Shown here: in pieces, positions 47,210 through 56,424 of the stretch
Layout: every line of letters starts with the position of its first letter
Position numbering within the stretch: the first letter of the stretch is position 1
Assembly (NCBI GenBank): GCA_018971685.1
Contig: JAGXAG010000001.1
Location: 90,396 to 154,395, forward strand
Source of the DNA: Patescibacteria group bacterium
GTDB lineage: Bacteria; Patescibacteriota; Minisyncoccia; Phycocordibacterales; PALSA-1337
DNA: 64,000 bases
Direction of reading: 5' to 3'
Notes under the pieces: model-generated
Database searches by the model: none
What the model saw: the letters and a program-made list of their open reading frames with translations, nothing else
Told to the model about the DNA's origin: nothing
Translations under genes and position numbers: made by a program

Positions 47210-49198
47210 ATGACGCAAAAGGAGGCATTGGAAATATTGAAGACCGGCGCGAATGTTTTCTTGACAGGCGCGGCCGGAAGCGGCAAGACGCACATCCTGC
47301 GGGAATATTTGGCGTGTTTGAAAGAGCGTAAAATCCCGGTCGGAGTGACGGCTTCGACCGGCATTGCCGCCACGCATATGGGCGGAGTCACCATACATTC
47401 ATGGTCCGGAATAGGAGTCAAAGACCAATTGAGTGATTGGGACATAGACGAAATATCGCAGCGGGAAAAATTATCGGCCAGAATAAACGCCGCCAAAGTA
47501 CTGGTGATCGACGAAATCTCGATGCTGCACCACTATCAGCTGGACATGGTGAACCGCGTGCTCAAGTCTGTGCGCAATTCGCCGGAGCCGTTCGGCGGAT
47601 TGCAGGCGGTCGTCTGCGGGGACTTCTTCCAACTGCCGCCGGTCTCGCGCCGGCCGAGATCGTTCGACGCGGACGGGATGCTCTTTATCGACGACGATTA
47701 TGATGCGGACGGCAAAGCCAGGTTCGCGTACCATTCGCGGGCGTGGCGGGAGGCGGAGTTTGCGGTGTGCTATTTGGAGGAAAATTACAGGCAAAGCGAC
47801 GAACAATATTTGCAGGTGTTGAACGCGATCAGGAATTCCGCGGTCACCGATGAAATCGTTGAAATCTTGAAGAGTCGATTCAAGGCGGCAATTCCGCCGT
47901 CTGCTCTGCCAAATAAAGCGGTTGCCGAAGCGTCCCGCGGCACAAGTTTTTTGAGTTCCGCGACTCCGCCGCGAAGCAATCCGTCGCCGCGTTTCCCAAC
48001 CGACAAGTCCGTGTATGTCCGAGAGGGCTTGTCGGTTGCGGAAACGCCGACGGTTGCGAGCGGCATTCGCGGAACTCAAAAAACTTGTGCCGCGGGACGC
48101 GAATCTGTTACCAGATTGTATTCTCATAACGCCAATGTCGACGCGGAGAACGAGCGGGAGCTGGCGAAATTGAAAACGCCTTTGCAAAAATACGAAATGA
48201 CCGGGCGCGGCAAGAGACATTTGGTCGAAGCGCTCAAGAAGAGCTGTCTGGCGCCGGAAGTGTTGAAATTGAAAGATGGCGCCAAAGTGATGTTCGTGAA
48301 GAATAATTTCGAAAAAGGATTCGTGAACGGCACTACCGGGATCGTGAAGAAATGCACGCCGTTCGAAATCGTGGTGGCGACCGATAAAGGGCATGTGCGG
48401 GTCGAAACGGAGTCGTGGCACATCGAAGACAACGGCAAAATCCTGGCGGAAATCGAGCAGTACCCTCTGCGGCTGGCTTGGGCGATAACGATACACAAAA
48501 GCCAAGGCATGTCGCTGGATGCGGCGGAAATCGATCTGTCTCAGTCGTTCGAAAAAGGCATGGGCTATGTGGCGCTTTCCAGGGTGAAAACTTTGGATGG
48601 TCTATCGCTTTCCGGCCTGAATAAAACCGCGCTTGAGATACACGGAGAGGCGTTGGAGTACGACAAATCATTCAGGGAACAATCGGACAGAGCGGCGGCG
48701 GAATTGGCGGTTATGCCGGAAGAGGAATTGAAGAGAAGGCAAACAGGATTCTTGGGGCCGGAGCCGGCGCGCACAAATATGACCAGAAAATCCCACGCCT
48801 CGCGAAGCGAGGTACCCCCTTTTTCAAAGGGGGATTTCGCGCGGCGAGACCAGGAAACTGGTTCTGCGAATGGGTCCAGAGAACCGAAAATACCGACGAC
48901 GGAACGAACAAGGCGATTATTGGATGCCGGAATGACGGTGGGAGAAGCGGCGGCGGCCAGGGGGTTGAAGGCGGAGACTATCATCAACCATATCGGACTG
49001 ATCAAGCGCGCGGATGATTCTTGGGACATTTCGAGGTTCAGATCAATCATACCGGCCGACAGACTGGAGAAGATCATTGAAGCGTTCAACGGATCGAAAC
49101 CGGGCGCGGACGGCTTGCCGCCGCTCACTCCGGTAAAACAAAGATTGGGCGCGGGGTATTCGTATGAGGAGATAAAAATCGCGAGGCTGTTCCTGTGA
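47210..49198 (+). CDS. Pif1/RecD-family ATP-dependent DNA helicase
   Basis: Walker A FLTGAAGSGKTHIL, VLVIDEISML, GDFFQLPPV, TIHKSQGMSLD motifs; C-terminal HTH-like region. Confidence 0.8.
   Translation: MTQKEALEILKTGANVFLTGAAGSGKTHILREYLACLKERKIPVGVTASTGIAATHMGGVTIHSWSGIGVKDQLSDWDIDEISQREKLSARINAAKVLVIDEISMLHHYQLDMVNRVLKSVRNSPEPFGGLQAVVCGDFFQLPPVSRRPRSFDADGMLFIDDDYDADGKARFAYHSRAWREAEFAVCYLEENYRQSDEQYLQVLNAIRNSAVTDEIVEILKSRFKAAIPPSALPNKAVAEASRGTSFLSSATPPRSNPSPRFPTDKSVYVREGLSVAETPTVASGIRGTQKTCAAGRESVTRLYSHNANVDAENERELAKLKTPLQKYEMTGRGKRHLVEALKKSCLAPEVLKLKDGAKVMFVKNNFEKGFVNGTTGIVKKCTPFEIVVATDKGHVRVETESWHIEDNGKILAEIEQYPLRLAWAITIHKSQGMSLDAAEIDLSQSFEKGMGYVALSRVKTLDGLSLSGLNKTALEIHGEALEYDKSFREQSDRAAAELAVMPEEELKRRQTGFLGPEPARTNMTRKSHASRSEVPPFSKGDFARRDQETGSANGSREPKIPTTERTRRLLDAGMTVGEAAAARGLKAETIINHIGLIKRADDSWDISRFRSIIPADRLEKIIEAFNGSKPGADGLPPLTPVKQRLGAGYSYEEIKIARLFL
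47931..48099. repeat. Nested palindromic element inserted in-frame in the helicase CDS
   Basis: 32-nt perfect inverted arms (cgtcccgcggcacaagttttttgagttccgcg ... cgcggaactcaaaaaacttgtgccgcgggacg) flank about 105 nt that themselves hold imperfect inverted repeats. Confidence 0.85.
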
Positions 49199-49246
49199 GA
49201 GCAACTTTTTTATCAAAGGCGAAGTAATATATGTATTATAAAGGTA

Positions 49247-49843
49247 ATGACAAAAACAAACATGGCAAACAAAAATAAAGAAATATTGAAGATCGCAATA
49301 ATTATAGGTAGCACCAGGCCGGGCAGATTTGGCGACAAGCCGGCCAAGTGGATATACGAAGAGGCGAAAAGAACGGACGGGGTAGAGGCGGAATTGCTGG
49401 ATTTGCGGGATTATCCGATGCCTTTTTACGCCGAAGACCATTCGTTCAGCATGAATCCGGCGGTTTCCGACCAAACGGCGGAGAAATGGCAGGCGAAAAT
49501 CGGCGCGGCGGACGCTTTTGTCATCGTCACGCCGGAATACAACCACGGCCCCTCGGCAGTCTTGAAGAACGCGCTCGACTATGCGTACCGCGAATGGAAC
49601 GACAAGCCGGTTGCTTTCGTCGCTTATGGCAGTGTGGGCGGCGCCCGCGCGGTGGAACAATTGCGGCTGGTCGCGATCGAACTGCAAATGGCGCCGATCC
49701 GAAACGCGGTGCACATTCCGGCGCCGTGGTTCTTGGTTGACGGCAAAGGCGATCTGAAGCCGAATGCCCTGGATCCATTCAAGGACGCGGCAAAAAATAT
49801 GCTGGAACAACTGGTAAGATGGGGGAGGGTGATGAAAAGATAG
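49247..49843 (+). CDS. NAD(P)H-dependent FMN reductase (flavodoxin-like, SsuE/YieF family)
   Basis: IAIIIGSTRPGRF... and VIVTPEYNHGPSAVLKNALDY motifs. Confidence 0.8.
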   Translation: MTKTNMANKNKEILKIAIIIGSTRPGRFGDKPAKWIYEEAKRTDGVEAELLDLRDYPMPFYAEDHSFSMNPAVSDQTAEKWQAKIGAADAFVIVTPEYNHGPSAVLKNALDYAYREWNDKPVAFVAYGSVGGARAVEQLRLVAIELQMAPIRNAVHIPAPWFLVDGKGDLKPNALDPFKDAAKNMLEQLVRWGRVMKR

Positions 49844-50214
49844 ATTCAGAGCTAGATAAAGGGTGGGTACAAATTGTACATACCCTTAGCATAAACACTG
49901 CAGGAGGGACGCTGAAAGTGCTTTGTGCCAATACCGAGGGCATATTCCGCATCATTCAATCTATTCCATCGCCCAAGGCTGAGCCGTTCAAACGCTGGCT
50001 GGCGAGGGTTGGCTACGAGCGCATTCAGGAGATTGAAGACCCGGAGCTGGCCACCAAGCGCACCCGCGCCCTTTATAAAGCCAAGGGCTATGATGATGCC
50101 TGGATCGAGAAGCGCATGCGCGGTATTGCCGTTCGCGAAAAATTGACCGATGAGTGGCAGAAACGGGGGATTAGACTCTCAGGATTCGCGACCTATTGTC
50201 GTAAATTCAGTTGA
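49819..50214 (+). pseudogene. Remnant of a Bro-N/DinD-like (phage antirepressor-type) protein lacking its N-terminus
   Basis: SPKAEPFKRWLA resembles the Bro-N KPEAKxFKRWV motif; the first ~60 aa of the domain are missing; overlaps the end of the FMN reductase gene. Confidence 0.35.
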
Positions 50215-50277
50215 GTCCGCAATCCACAAGGAATTGCGGTGTGCAGATTTTATTTTCGGTATCTACACAGTTGACCG

Positions 50278-50508
50278 TTAGGTTTTGATAAAACCCTGAA
50301 AATCTTCGGCTGGAACGGCGCCCCATCCTCTGGGAACATTGTCGACGATGCTCACAGCGATAATGGAACTCTTTCCCAGCTTTCCAATTTCCGTTCGGAC
50401 CTTCTCAACAAAAGCGTCGGCTTCTTCGGTACCCTTGAGAGGACCGTAAAAGCTTCGACTCGTGCTAGAAGTTCCGACACCAGTTAGGATAAGTGCGTAC
50501 TTTTCCAT
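50278..50508 (-). CDS. Hypothetical 76-aa protein, second gene of an unknown two-gene operon
   Basis: ATG 1 nt after the upstream gene's TAA; no recognisable domain. Confidence 0.35.
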   Translation of the reverse strand: MEKYALILTGVGTSSTSRSFYGPLKGTEEADAFVEKVRTEIGKLGKSSIIAVSIVDNVPRGWGAVPAEDFQGFIKT

Positions 50509-50509
50509 G

Positions 50510-51676
50510 TTAACAAACTTCGCTAAGCGCTCCCTTGGGTAACGACCCCTGTGGCAACCTGTCCTTGCGAACTATGCACGGTCTTACCTGCACGATTTTC
50601 GGTGCGGACGGATTGTCTCCTGTGCCAGGCGCTCGCCGCCAGTGACCTCGACGGAAGTGTGCCGATATTTCGACCAGTGTTGAACGCGCACTTGAAGAAA
50701 TCACTCTGAGAGCTTCTTTCTCATCAGTTGATAACTTGTGACAGAAATCAACCGAGCAAACGAGCGCTTCCTTTGTGATAACAGTCGCGTCTTTGGTCGG
50801 ATTCGGCACTCTCTGCCAATCACTTGCATGGCTTGACTCCGAGGGCAGGGTTTTGAGATATAGGCATAAGCCCACGACAAGACGCTTAATCATTTCGAAC
50901 TCAGCGTGCTCATCGAAGTTTTCGATGCGTGTCTCGTTTGTGACCTTGTCGAAATACTCGATACCATCACTCTGCTCCTCCGTAACTTTCCCGAATGTGT
51001 ACGGGATGTACGAAACGGCGGCGAATGTATCGGCTTTCTGGTCACTTGCCTTGGCGAGTAGTTCACTCGCAGTACCCCAACGGCGTTTACTGATCGCTTC
51101 CCGAATCCGCTGACGCACATACGGGGAGATTGCAGGAATTTCGCAGTAGCCTGGCGCAAATGCACGAATGCACATGGTATCTTCCTTGCACGCAATCCCC
51201 GTCTCTCGCGAGAATAGGATGCAGTCAAGTTGATGTCCACGAGAATCGCGGATCGGCGTCTCCAGGGTGATAGCGAATGAATCGAATGGCCAAGGCACCT
51301 CATCCCAACAAATGTCAGAAAGAGAAGTGGCCATCAGAATGTGGGCGAGATCGGACGACAGATGGAACACTCGCCGGGAATACTTGGTCCAAGCAGTCAG
51401 ACTGCAGGGTAAGAATTCCAGAAAGTGACCGGCTGTCGCCACGGCCTTGCGGACCTCGTCAACTCCGACATACTTGCTGTAGTCAAACTCTTCCGAGTGG
51501 CATTTGAGCAAGTACTTGCGGAAATTGAAGGCGTTAACCAGAGGACCTTGTTCGGGTAGAACAAGGTCGGGATGTTGACCGCTTGCCCTGCTTAGGATTG
51601 ACTCCGTTTGCAGGTGAAAGCAGTAGTTTTCCCAACGGCGCAGAGCGCCTTCGAGGTGCAGAATGTTCGTTTTCAT
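50510..51676 (-). CDS. Hypothetical 388-aa protein (unknown function; possible defence/accessory gene)
   Basis: Long ORF with no recognised motifs; Cys-rich central region; sits between RhuM/Bro-N-like remnants. Confidence 0.4.
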   Translation of the reverse strand: MKTNILHLEGALRRWENYCFHLQTESILSRASGQHPDLVLPEQGPLVNAFNFRKYLLKCHSEEFDYSKYVGVDEVRKAVATAGHFLEFLPCSLTAWTKYSRRVFHLSSDLAHILMATSLSDICWDEVPWPFDSFAITLETPIRDSRGHQLDCILFSRETGIACKEDTMCIRAFAPGYCEIPAISPYVRQRIREAISKRRWGTASELLAKASDQKADTFAAVSYIPYTFGKVTEEQSDGIEYFDKVTNETRIENFDEHAEFEMIKRLVVGLCLYLKTLPSESSHASDWQRVPNPTKDATVITKEALVCSVDFCHKLSTDEKEALRVISSSARSTLVEISAHFRRGHWRRAPGTGDNPSAPKIVQVRPCIVRKDRLPQGSLPKGALSEVC

Positions 51677-51980
51677 GCTGTTTCAATGTTCTGTTCAGTG
51701 ACTTCCGAAAATTTACCTCTTGTAAGTATAGCATACTACGACATAAAAATCAAGAGCTGTCTAACAAGCTGCGGAATTATACAAGGAATTATAGAGATGG
51801 GAAAATAAATCCGGAAAATGACTGAAGCAGAACATTTTCGGCGGGTTTGGTGTAGAATATTCGCATGAATGACGAAAATGGCGAAAAAATTGATGAAAGT
51901 ATTCAGAGCGCGCCTGATAAGATGAAAAATAAATAAACTATGAAAAAGAAGCATATACAAAAGAATGTGGTGATATTCTA

Positions 51981-52154
51981 ATGGACAGAGAATTGGATGC
52001 CAATTCAGTATGTGCAAATTTTGCACATACTGCCGAGGACGGAAAAACATACCAAGTCAGATTTTATAATCTCGATGTTATCTTGTCTGTCGGGTACAGA
52101 ACCAATTCAGTACGGGCAGTAGAATTTAGGAAATGGACAATGTCCGATTACTGA
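51981..52154 (+). pseudogene. Fragment of a RhuM-family (Virulence_RhuM) gene
   Basis: DGKTYQVRFYNLDVILSVGYRTNSVRAVEFRKW matches the RhuM core (YNLDaIIsVGYRV.S..g.qFR.WAT); an upstream in-frame TAA and a premature stop after 57 aa. Confidence 0.5.
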
Positions 52155-52347
52155 AGTCCGACCTCAGTAATCCAAAAGAAAAACGATTAACTAACCGCTA
52201 TTGACGAAAACCCCCAAGGTTTGCTAGTATCAAAATACCTCAAAAAGGCAGTTTGCGAGGAAATGATTGGAAGCAGGCCGCGCGGCGGGAACGAAAAGCC
52301 GGCGGGGAGCTAACCAATCAAATTTTAATTGAGGAAATAAACAATTC

Positions 52348-52533
52348 ATGGCAACAAGCGCGATGATAGCCAGATCGGCCAAGAAGCCGAAATTCAAATC
52401 CAGAGTCGTCCGGCGCTGTTTTCGTTGCGGCCGCAAGCGCGCATATATGAGGGATTTCGACATGTGCAGGATCTGCTTCAGGGAATTCGCCAATGAAGGC
52501 ATGATTCCCGGCATCAAAAAATCGTCATGGTAA
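52348..52533 (+). CDS. rpsN: 30S ribosomal protein S14 type Z (zinc-binding)
   Basis: 61 aa; CxxC...CxxC (CFRCGRKRAY...CRICFRE). Confidence 0.9.
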   Translation: MATSAMIARSAKKPKFKSRVVRRCFRCGRKRAYMRDFDMCRICFREFANEGMIPGIKKSSW

Positions 52534-52913
52534 CAGACCCAGTATCGGATTTGATCATAAGAATCAAGAACGGCAGCGATGCCGGACTTGGTGTTGTGGC
52601 CGTGACCAAATCAAAATTGATTGAAAATATCGCGCACGCGCTCAAAAAGGCCGGCTTCGTTTCTTCGGTTGAAAAAGGCAAGAATGACCGAGAATTGGCG
52701 CTCGGCATCATCTACTTCGATGGTGCGCCGCGGATACACGGAGTCGAACGGATCTCGAAGCCGTCGCGCAGAATATACCAAAAATCGCGCGACATCAGGG
52801 GATACAAGAGCGGATTCGGCAATGTGATATTGTCCACGCCAAAGGGAATATTTACGGATGTCGAGGCGCGGAAGATGAAAGTTGGAGGAGAGGTGTTGTT
52901 TCGAATTTGGTGA
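52527..52913 (+). CDS. rpsH: 30S ribosomal protein S8
   Basis: MVTDPVSDLIIRIKNG. Confidence 0.9.
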   Translation: MVTDPVSDLIIRIKNGSDAGLGVVAVTKSKLIENIAHALKKAGFVSSVEKGKNDRELALGIIYFDGAPRIHGVERISKPSRRIYQKSRDIRGYKSGFGNVILSTPKGIFTDVEARKMKVGGEVLFRIW

Positions 52914-52939
52914 AGTTAAAGAAATTATAATTTATCAAA

Positions 52940-53473
52940 ATGGCCCGCAACGCTAAAAAACCGATAATCCTGCCGCCGAAGACCGAAGCTTCTTTTTCGG
53001 GCGGCGTGATGGCGGTCAAGGGGCCGCTTGGTGAATTGAGAATGCCCTTTAAGGAAGGCGTGAAAATAACGATCGCCGACGGCAAAATATTGTTCGAGCC
53101 GGCGGCGGATACGATCCGGGTCCGGGAATTGTGGGGCAGTTATGCGGCGCATACCAGGAATATGATCGCCGGCGTAAACAAGCCGTATGAGAAAAAGCTG
53201 GCTATCGAAGGCATCGGTTACAAGGCCGATGTCAAAGGCAATGAGTTGGTTTTGTCGGTCGGATTTTCGCATCAAGTGAATCTGCCTATACCGGCCGGAG
53301 TCAAAGTAGTGTCGGACAAAAACGGCATTGCCGTAAGCGGCATCGATAAGGAAAAGGTCGGGCAATTCGCGGCGGTAATAAGGGCGACGAAAAAGCCGGA
53401 ACCGTATCTGGGAAAAGGGATCAGGTATGCCGATGAGATTATCAGGAGAAAACAGGGCAAGAAGGCGGCATAA
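52940..53473 (+). CDS. rplF: 50S ribosomal protein L6
   Basis: Two-domain L6 pattern; position after S8. Confidence 0.9.
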   Translation: MARNAKKPIILPPKTEASFSGGVMAVKGPLGELRMPFKEGVKITIADGKILFEPAADTIRVRELWGSYAAHTRNMIAGVNKPYEKKLAIEGIGYKADVKGNELVLSVGFSHQVNLPIPAGVKVVSDKNGIAVSGIDKEKVGQFAAVIRATKKPEPYLGKGIRYADEIIRRKQGKKAA

Positions 53474-53491
53474 TATACAGACTATACGAAT

Positions 53492-53845
53492 ATGAAAAAC
53501 GCATTACAGATAAAAAATCAAAAATTCGAAAGGCGCCGCAAGAGAATCAGGGCGAAAATTTCGGGCACGAAGGAAAGGCCGAGATTGTCGATTTTCAAAT
53601 CGCATAAATATGTTTATGTACAGCTCGTCGATGACGACAATGGTTGTACGCTCGCCGCATTTAATTCAAGGAAAGTAAAGGGCAAAACGCCGGCGGAAAG
53701 AGCCAAAGAAGTCGGGTTGGGGCTTGCCAAGGAAGCATTGGCGGTTAAGATAAAAAGAGCGGTATTCGACAAAGGCGGATATCTCTATGCCGGCAAGATC
53801 AAATTGGTGGCGGAAGGGGCGAGAGAGGGAGGGCTTGAATTTTAG
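53492..53845 (+). CDS. rplR: 50S ribosomal protein L18
   Basis: RLSIFKSHKYVYVQLVDD... Confidence 0.9.
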   Translation: MKNALQIKNQKFERRRKRIRAKISGTKERPRLSIFKSHKYVYVQLVDDDNGCTLAAFNSRKVKGKTPAERAKEVGLGLAKEALAVKIKRAVFDKGGYLYAGKIKLVAEGAREGGLEF

Positions 53846-53857
53846 GCAAAAAACAAA

Positions 53858-54598
53858 ATGAAAGACGACGAAATAAAAATCGAAAATGAACAGGAAGCCG
53901 CAATCGAGGCGGTCGACTCAACAGAGCCGGTCGAATCGGTGGAGCCGACGGAACCAGTCGAAACGGCAGAATCTGCGCCGGAAACGGTAATCGCGCCTGC
54001 CGCGCCGAGAGGCAAAGTTACGATGGGCAAAAGGATGCGCGATACGGCCAGAAAGGGCGGCCGCGGCGCGCGTGCAAACGGCGGAGACAGGATGGGCAGA
54101 GAACGGGGCCGCGGCGGCGAAAACAGGGAGAGGATCAAGCCGGAATTCGACGCCAAGATGATCGACATCAGGCGCGTGGCGCGCGTGGTTGCCGGCGGTC
54201 GCAGATACAACTTCAGCGTAGCGGTGGTCGCGGGAGACGGCAAGGGGCGCGTGGGGGTGGGTTTGGGCAAAGGCGCGGACACGGCGCTCGCCGTCGAGAA
54301 GGCGACGCGTGAAGCCAAGAAACATCTAATAAAGGTCCCGCTCTCGCCGCAAATGACGATACCTCACGCTGTCGAAGCGAAATATTCGAGCGGGCGCATC
54401 ATGTTGTTCCCGGCGCGCGGCAGCGGCGTGGTCGCCGGCAGTTCGGCGCGCACGGTCATCGAAATGGCCGGCATCAAGGATATTTGCGCCAAAATAATGT
54501 CTGGTTCGAAAAATAAGGTCAACATCGCGAAAGCGACAGTCGAAGCGTTGAATAGCCTGATCAAAATGCCAAGGACTATGATAATGCCGAAAAAGTAA
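53858..54598 (+). CDS. rpsE: 30S ribosomal protein S5 (acidic N-terminal extension)
   Basis: IDIRRVARVVAGGRRYNFSV...GLGKG S5 dsRBD-like motifs; the extension contains PVESVEPTEPVET repeats. Confidence 0.9.
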   Translation: MKDDEIKIENEQEAAIEAVDSTEPVESVEPTEPVETAESAPETVIAPAAPRGKVTMGKRMRDTARKGGRGARANGGDRMGRERGRGGENRERIKPEFDAKMIDIRRVARVVAGGRRYNFSVAVVAGDGKGRVGVGLGKGADTALAVEKATREAKKHLIKVPLSPQMTIPHAVEAKYSSGRIMLFPARGSGVVAGSSARTVIEMAGIKDICAKIMSGSKNKVNIAKATVEALNSLIKMPRTMIMPKK

Positions 54599-54633
54599 AT
54601 TCTGGTTTACTCGACATGTTTAATTTATAAAAA

Positions 54634-55098
54634 ATGCAAACTCACCAACTAAAACGCAATCATCCGAACCGCAAGCGTATGATCGTGGCGCGCGGCGGCC
54701 ATCGCGGCAAGACATCGGGCCGCGGCGGCAAAGGACAGACAGCTCGCGCCGGCAACAAGCGCCGGCCGGAATGGCGCGATATCATAAAGAGATTGCCGAA
54801 ATTGCGCGGCCGCGGCGTCAATTCGCATAAATCGATCCAAACAAAGCCGGTGATTGTAAATCTGAACGCGATTGAAGAAATATTCGCCAATGGCGATAAA
54901 GTTACGCCGGCGATCCTGATGGAAAACGGCGTGATCGCGACGGTTTCCGGCAAAGTTCAGGCAGTCAAAATATTGGGCGGCGGGGAATTGACCAAAGGAA
55001 TTAAAGTAAGCGGATGCAAAGTGTCAGAAGCGGCCAAATCCAAGATCGAAAAAGCGGGCGGGTCGATAGAAATAATAAAAAGCAAAGTAGCAAGTTAA
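54634..55098 (+). CDS. rplO: 50S ribosomal protein L15
   Basis: Gly/Arg-rich N-terminus GRGGKGQTARAG; follows S5 directly with no L30 gene between. Confidence 0.9.
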   Translation: MQTHQLKRNHPNRKRMIVARGGHRGKTSGRGGKGQTARAGNKRRPEWRDIIKRLPKLRGRGVNSHKSIQTKPVIVNLNAIEEIFANGDKVTPAILMENGVIATVSGKVQAVKILGGGELTKGIKVSGCKVSEAAKSKIEKAGGSIEIIKSKVAS

Positions 55099-55101
55099 TC
55101 T

Positions 55102-56400
55102 GTGGTCAGTTGGCGGCATATGCAAGATTTTTCTCAAAAATTTATGAATGCCCTGAAAGATCCGACTCTGAGAAAGCGTATCGGTTTTACGATAATTGCG
55201 CTTGTTCTCTTCAGGGTATTGGCGGCTATTCCGATTCCCGGTGTCGATGCGGCTAACTTGGCGAAACTGCTGTCGTCGAGCCAATTGTTCGGATTTTTCA
55301 GTATTTTCTCCGGCAGCGGCCTTTCGAACTTGTCGATCGTCATGTTGGGCGTAGGCCCGTTCATCACGGCTTCGATCGTCATCCAATTGCTTACAATGAT
55401 GCTGCCTCGATGGAAAGCGCTGATGCACGAAGAGGGCGAGGCCGGCCGCATGAAATTGTCTCAGTATTCGCGTCTGCTCTCGGTGCCGCTGGCTCTCATC
55501 TCGGCGGTCGGCTTTATCGAGCTTTTGCAGTCGCAAGGCGTATTGCCGCATCTGGGTATCGCGTCATTGATTTTCAATGCGGTGGTTATCACCGCCGGAT
55601 CGACCTTGTTGATGTGGATTGGCGAATTGATTTCGGAATTTGGCGTTGGCAATGGAGTGTCGCTCATTATTTTTGCCGGTATAATTTCGCGTCTGCCGAC
55701 CGACTCTATGCAGGCTTATACAAGGCTTTCCGGCGACATGTCGCTTTTGCCGGTATACCTCATAATCCTGGCGGTTTCGGTGGTGATCGTGGCGGGAGTG
55801 GTGTATGTGACGGAGGCGGAACGGTCGGTGCCGATAACTTATGCCAAGCAAGTGCGCGGCAACAAAGTCTACGGCGGCGCGGCGACATATCTGCCGTTGC
55901 GCCTGAACCAGGCCGGCGTTATCCCGATAATCTTCGCGCTTTCGATCATAATTTTCCCGAGAATAATAGCCGGCGCGCTTTCAAAGGTGTCGAATGACAC
56001 TATCGCGAGCTTTGCCGTGTGGGTTTCGGGCGTTTTCAACAACCAGTGGGTATACGGCACGCTGTATTTCATCCTGGTGGTGGCTTTCACTTATTTCTAC
56101 ACGGCGGTTACTTTTGACCCCAAGATGATCTCCGAAAATCTCCAGCGTTCGGGCGCGTTCGTTCCGGGAGTCAGGCCGGGCGAGCACACGGAACACCATC
56201 TGGCGAACATTGTCACACGCATCACGCTGGTCGGCGCGCTATTCCTGGGCATCGTGGCGGTCTTGCCGTTCATCATCCAGGCTTTCACTCAAGGAGACCA
56301 GTCGGTCGCTATCGGCGGCACGGCATTACTCATCGTGGTTTCGGTGGTTATCGATCTCCTGAAGAAGATAGAGGCGCAAGTGGCGATGCGGGAGTATTGA
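55102..56400 (+). CDS. secY: Preprotein translocase subunit SecY
   Basis: Ten-TM protein ...LRKRIGFTIIALVLFRVLAAIPIPGVD; the true start may be an internal Met. Confidence 0.9.
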   Translation: MVSWRHMQDFSQKFMNALKDPTLRKRIGFTIIALVLFRVLAAIPIPGVDAANLAKLLSSSQLFGFFSIFSGSGLSNLSIVMLGVGPFITASIVIQLLTMMLPRWKALMHEEGEAGRMKLSQYSRLLSVPLALISAVGFIELLQSQGVLPHLGIASLIFNAVVITAGSTLLMWIGELISEFGVGNGVSLIIFAGIISRLPTDSMQAYTRLSGDMSLLPVYLIILAVSVVIVAGVVYVTEAERSVPITYAKQVRGNKVYGGAATYLPLRLNQAGVIPIIFALSIIIFPRIIAGALSKVSNDTIASFAVWVSGVFNNQWVYGTLYFILVVAFTYFYTAVTFDPKMISENLQRSGAFVPGVRPGEHTEHHLANIVTRITLVGALFLGIVAVLPFIIQAFTQGDQSVAIGGTALLIVVSVVIDLLKKIEAQVAMREY

Positions 56401-56424
56401 CTGTATAATCAGGCGGTAAGCCAA

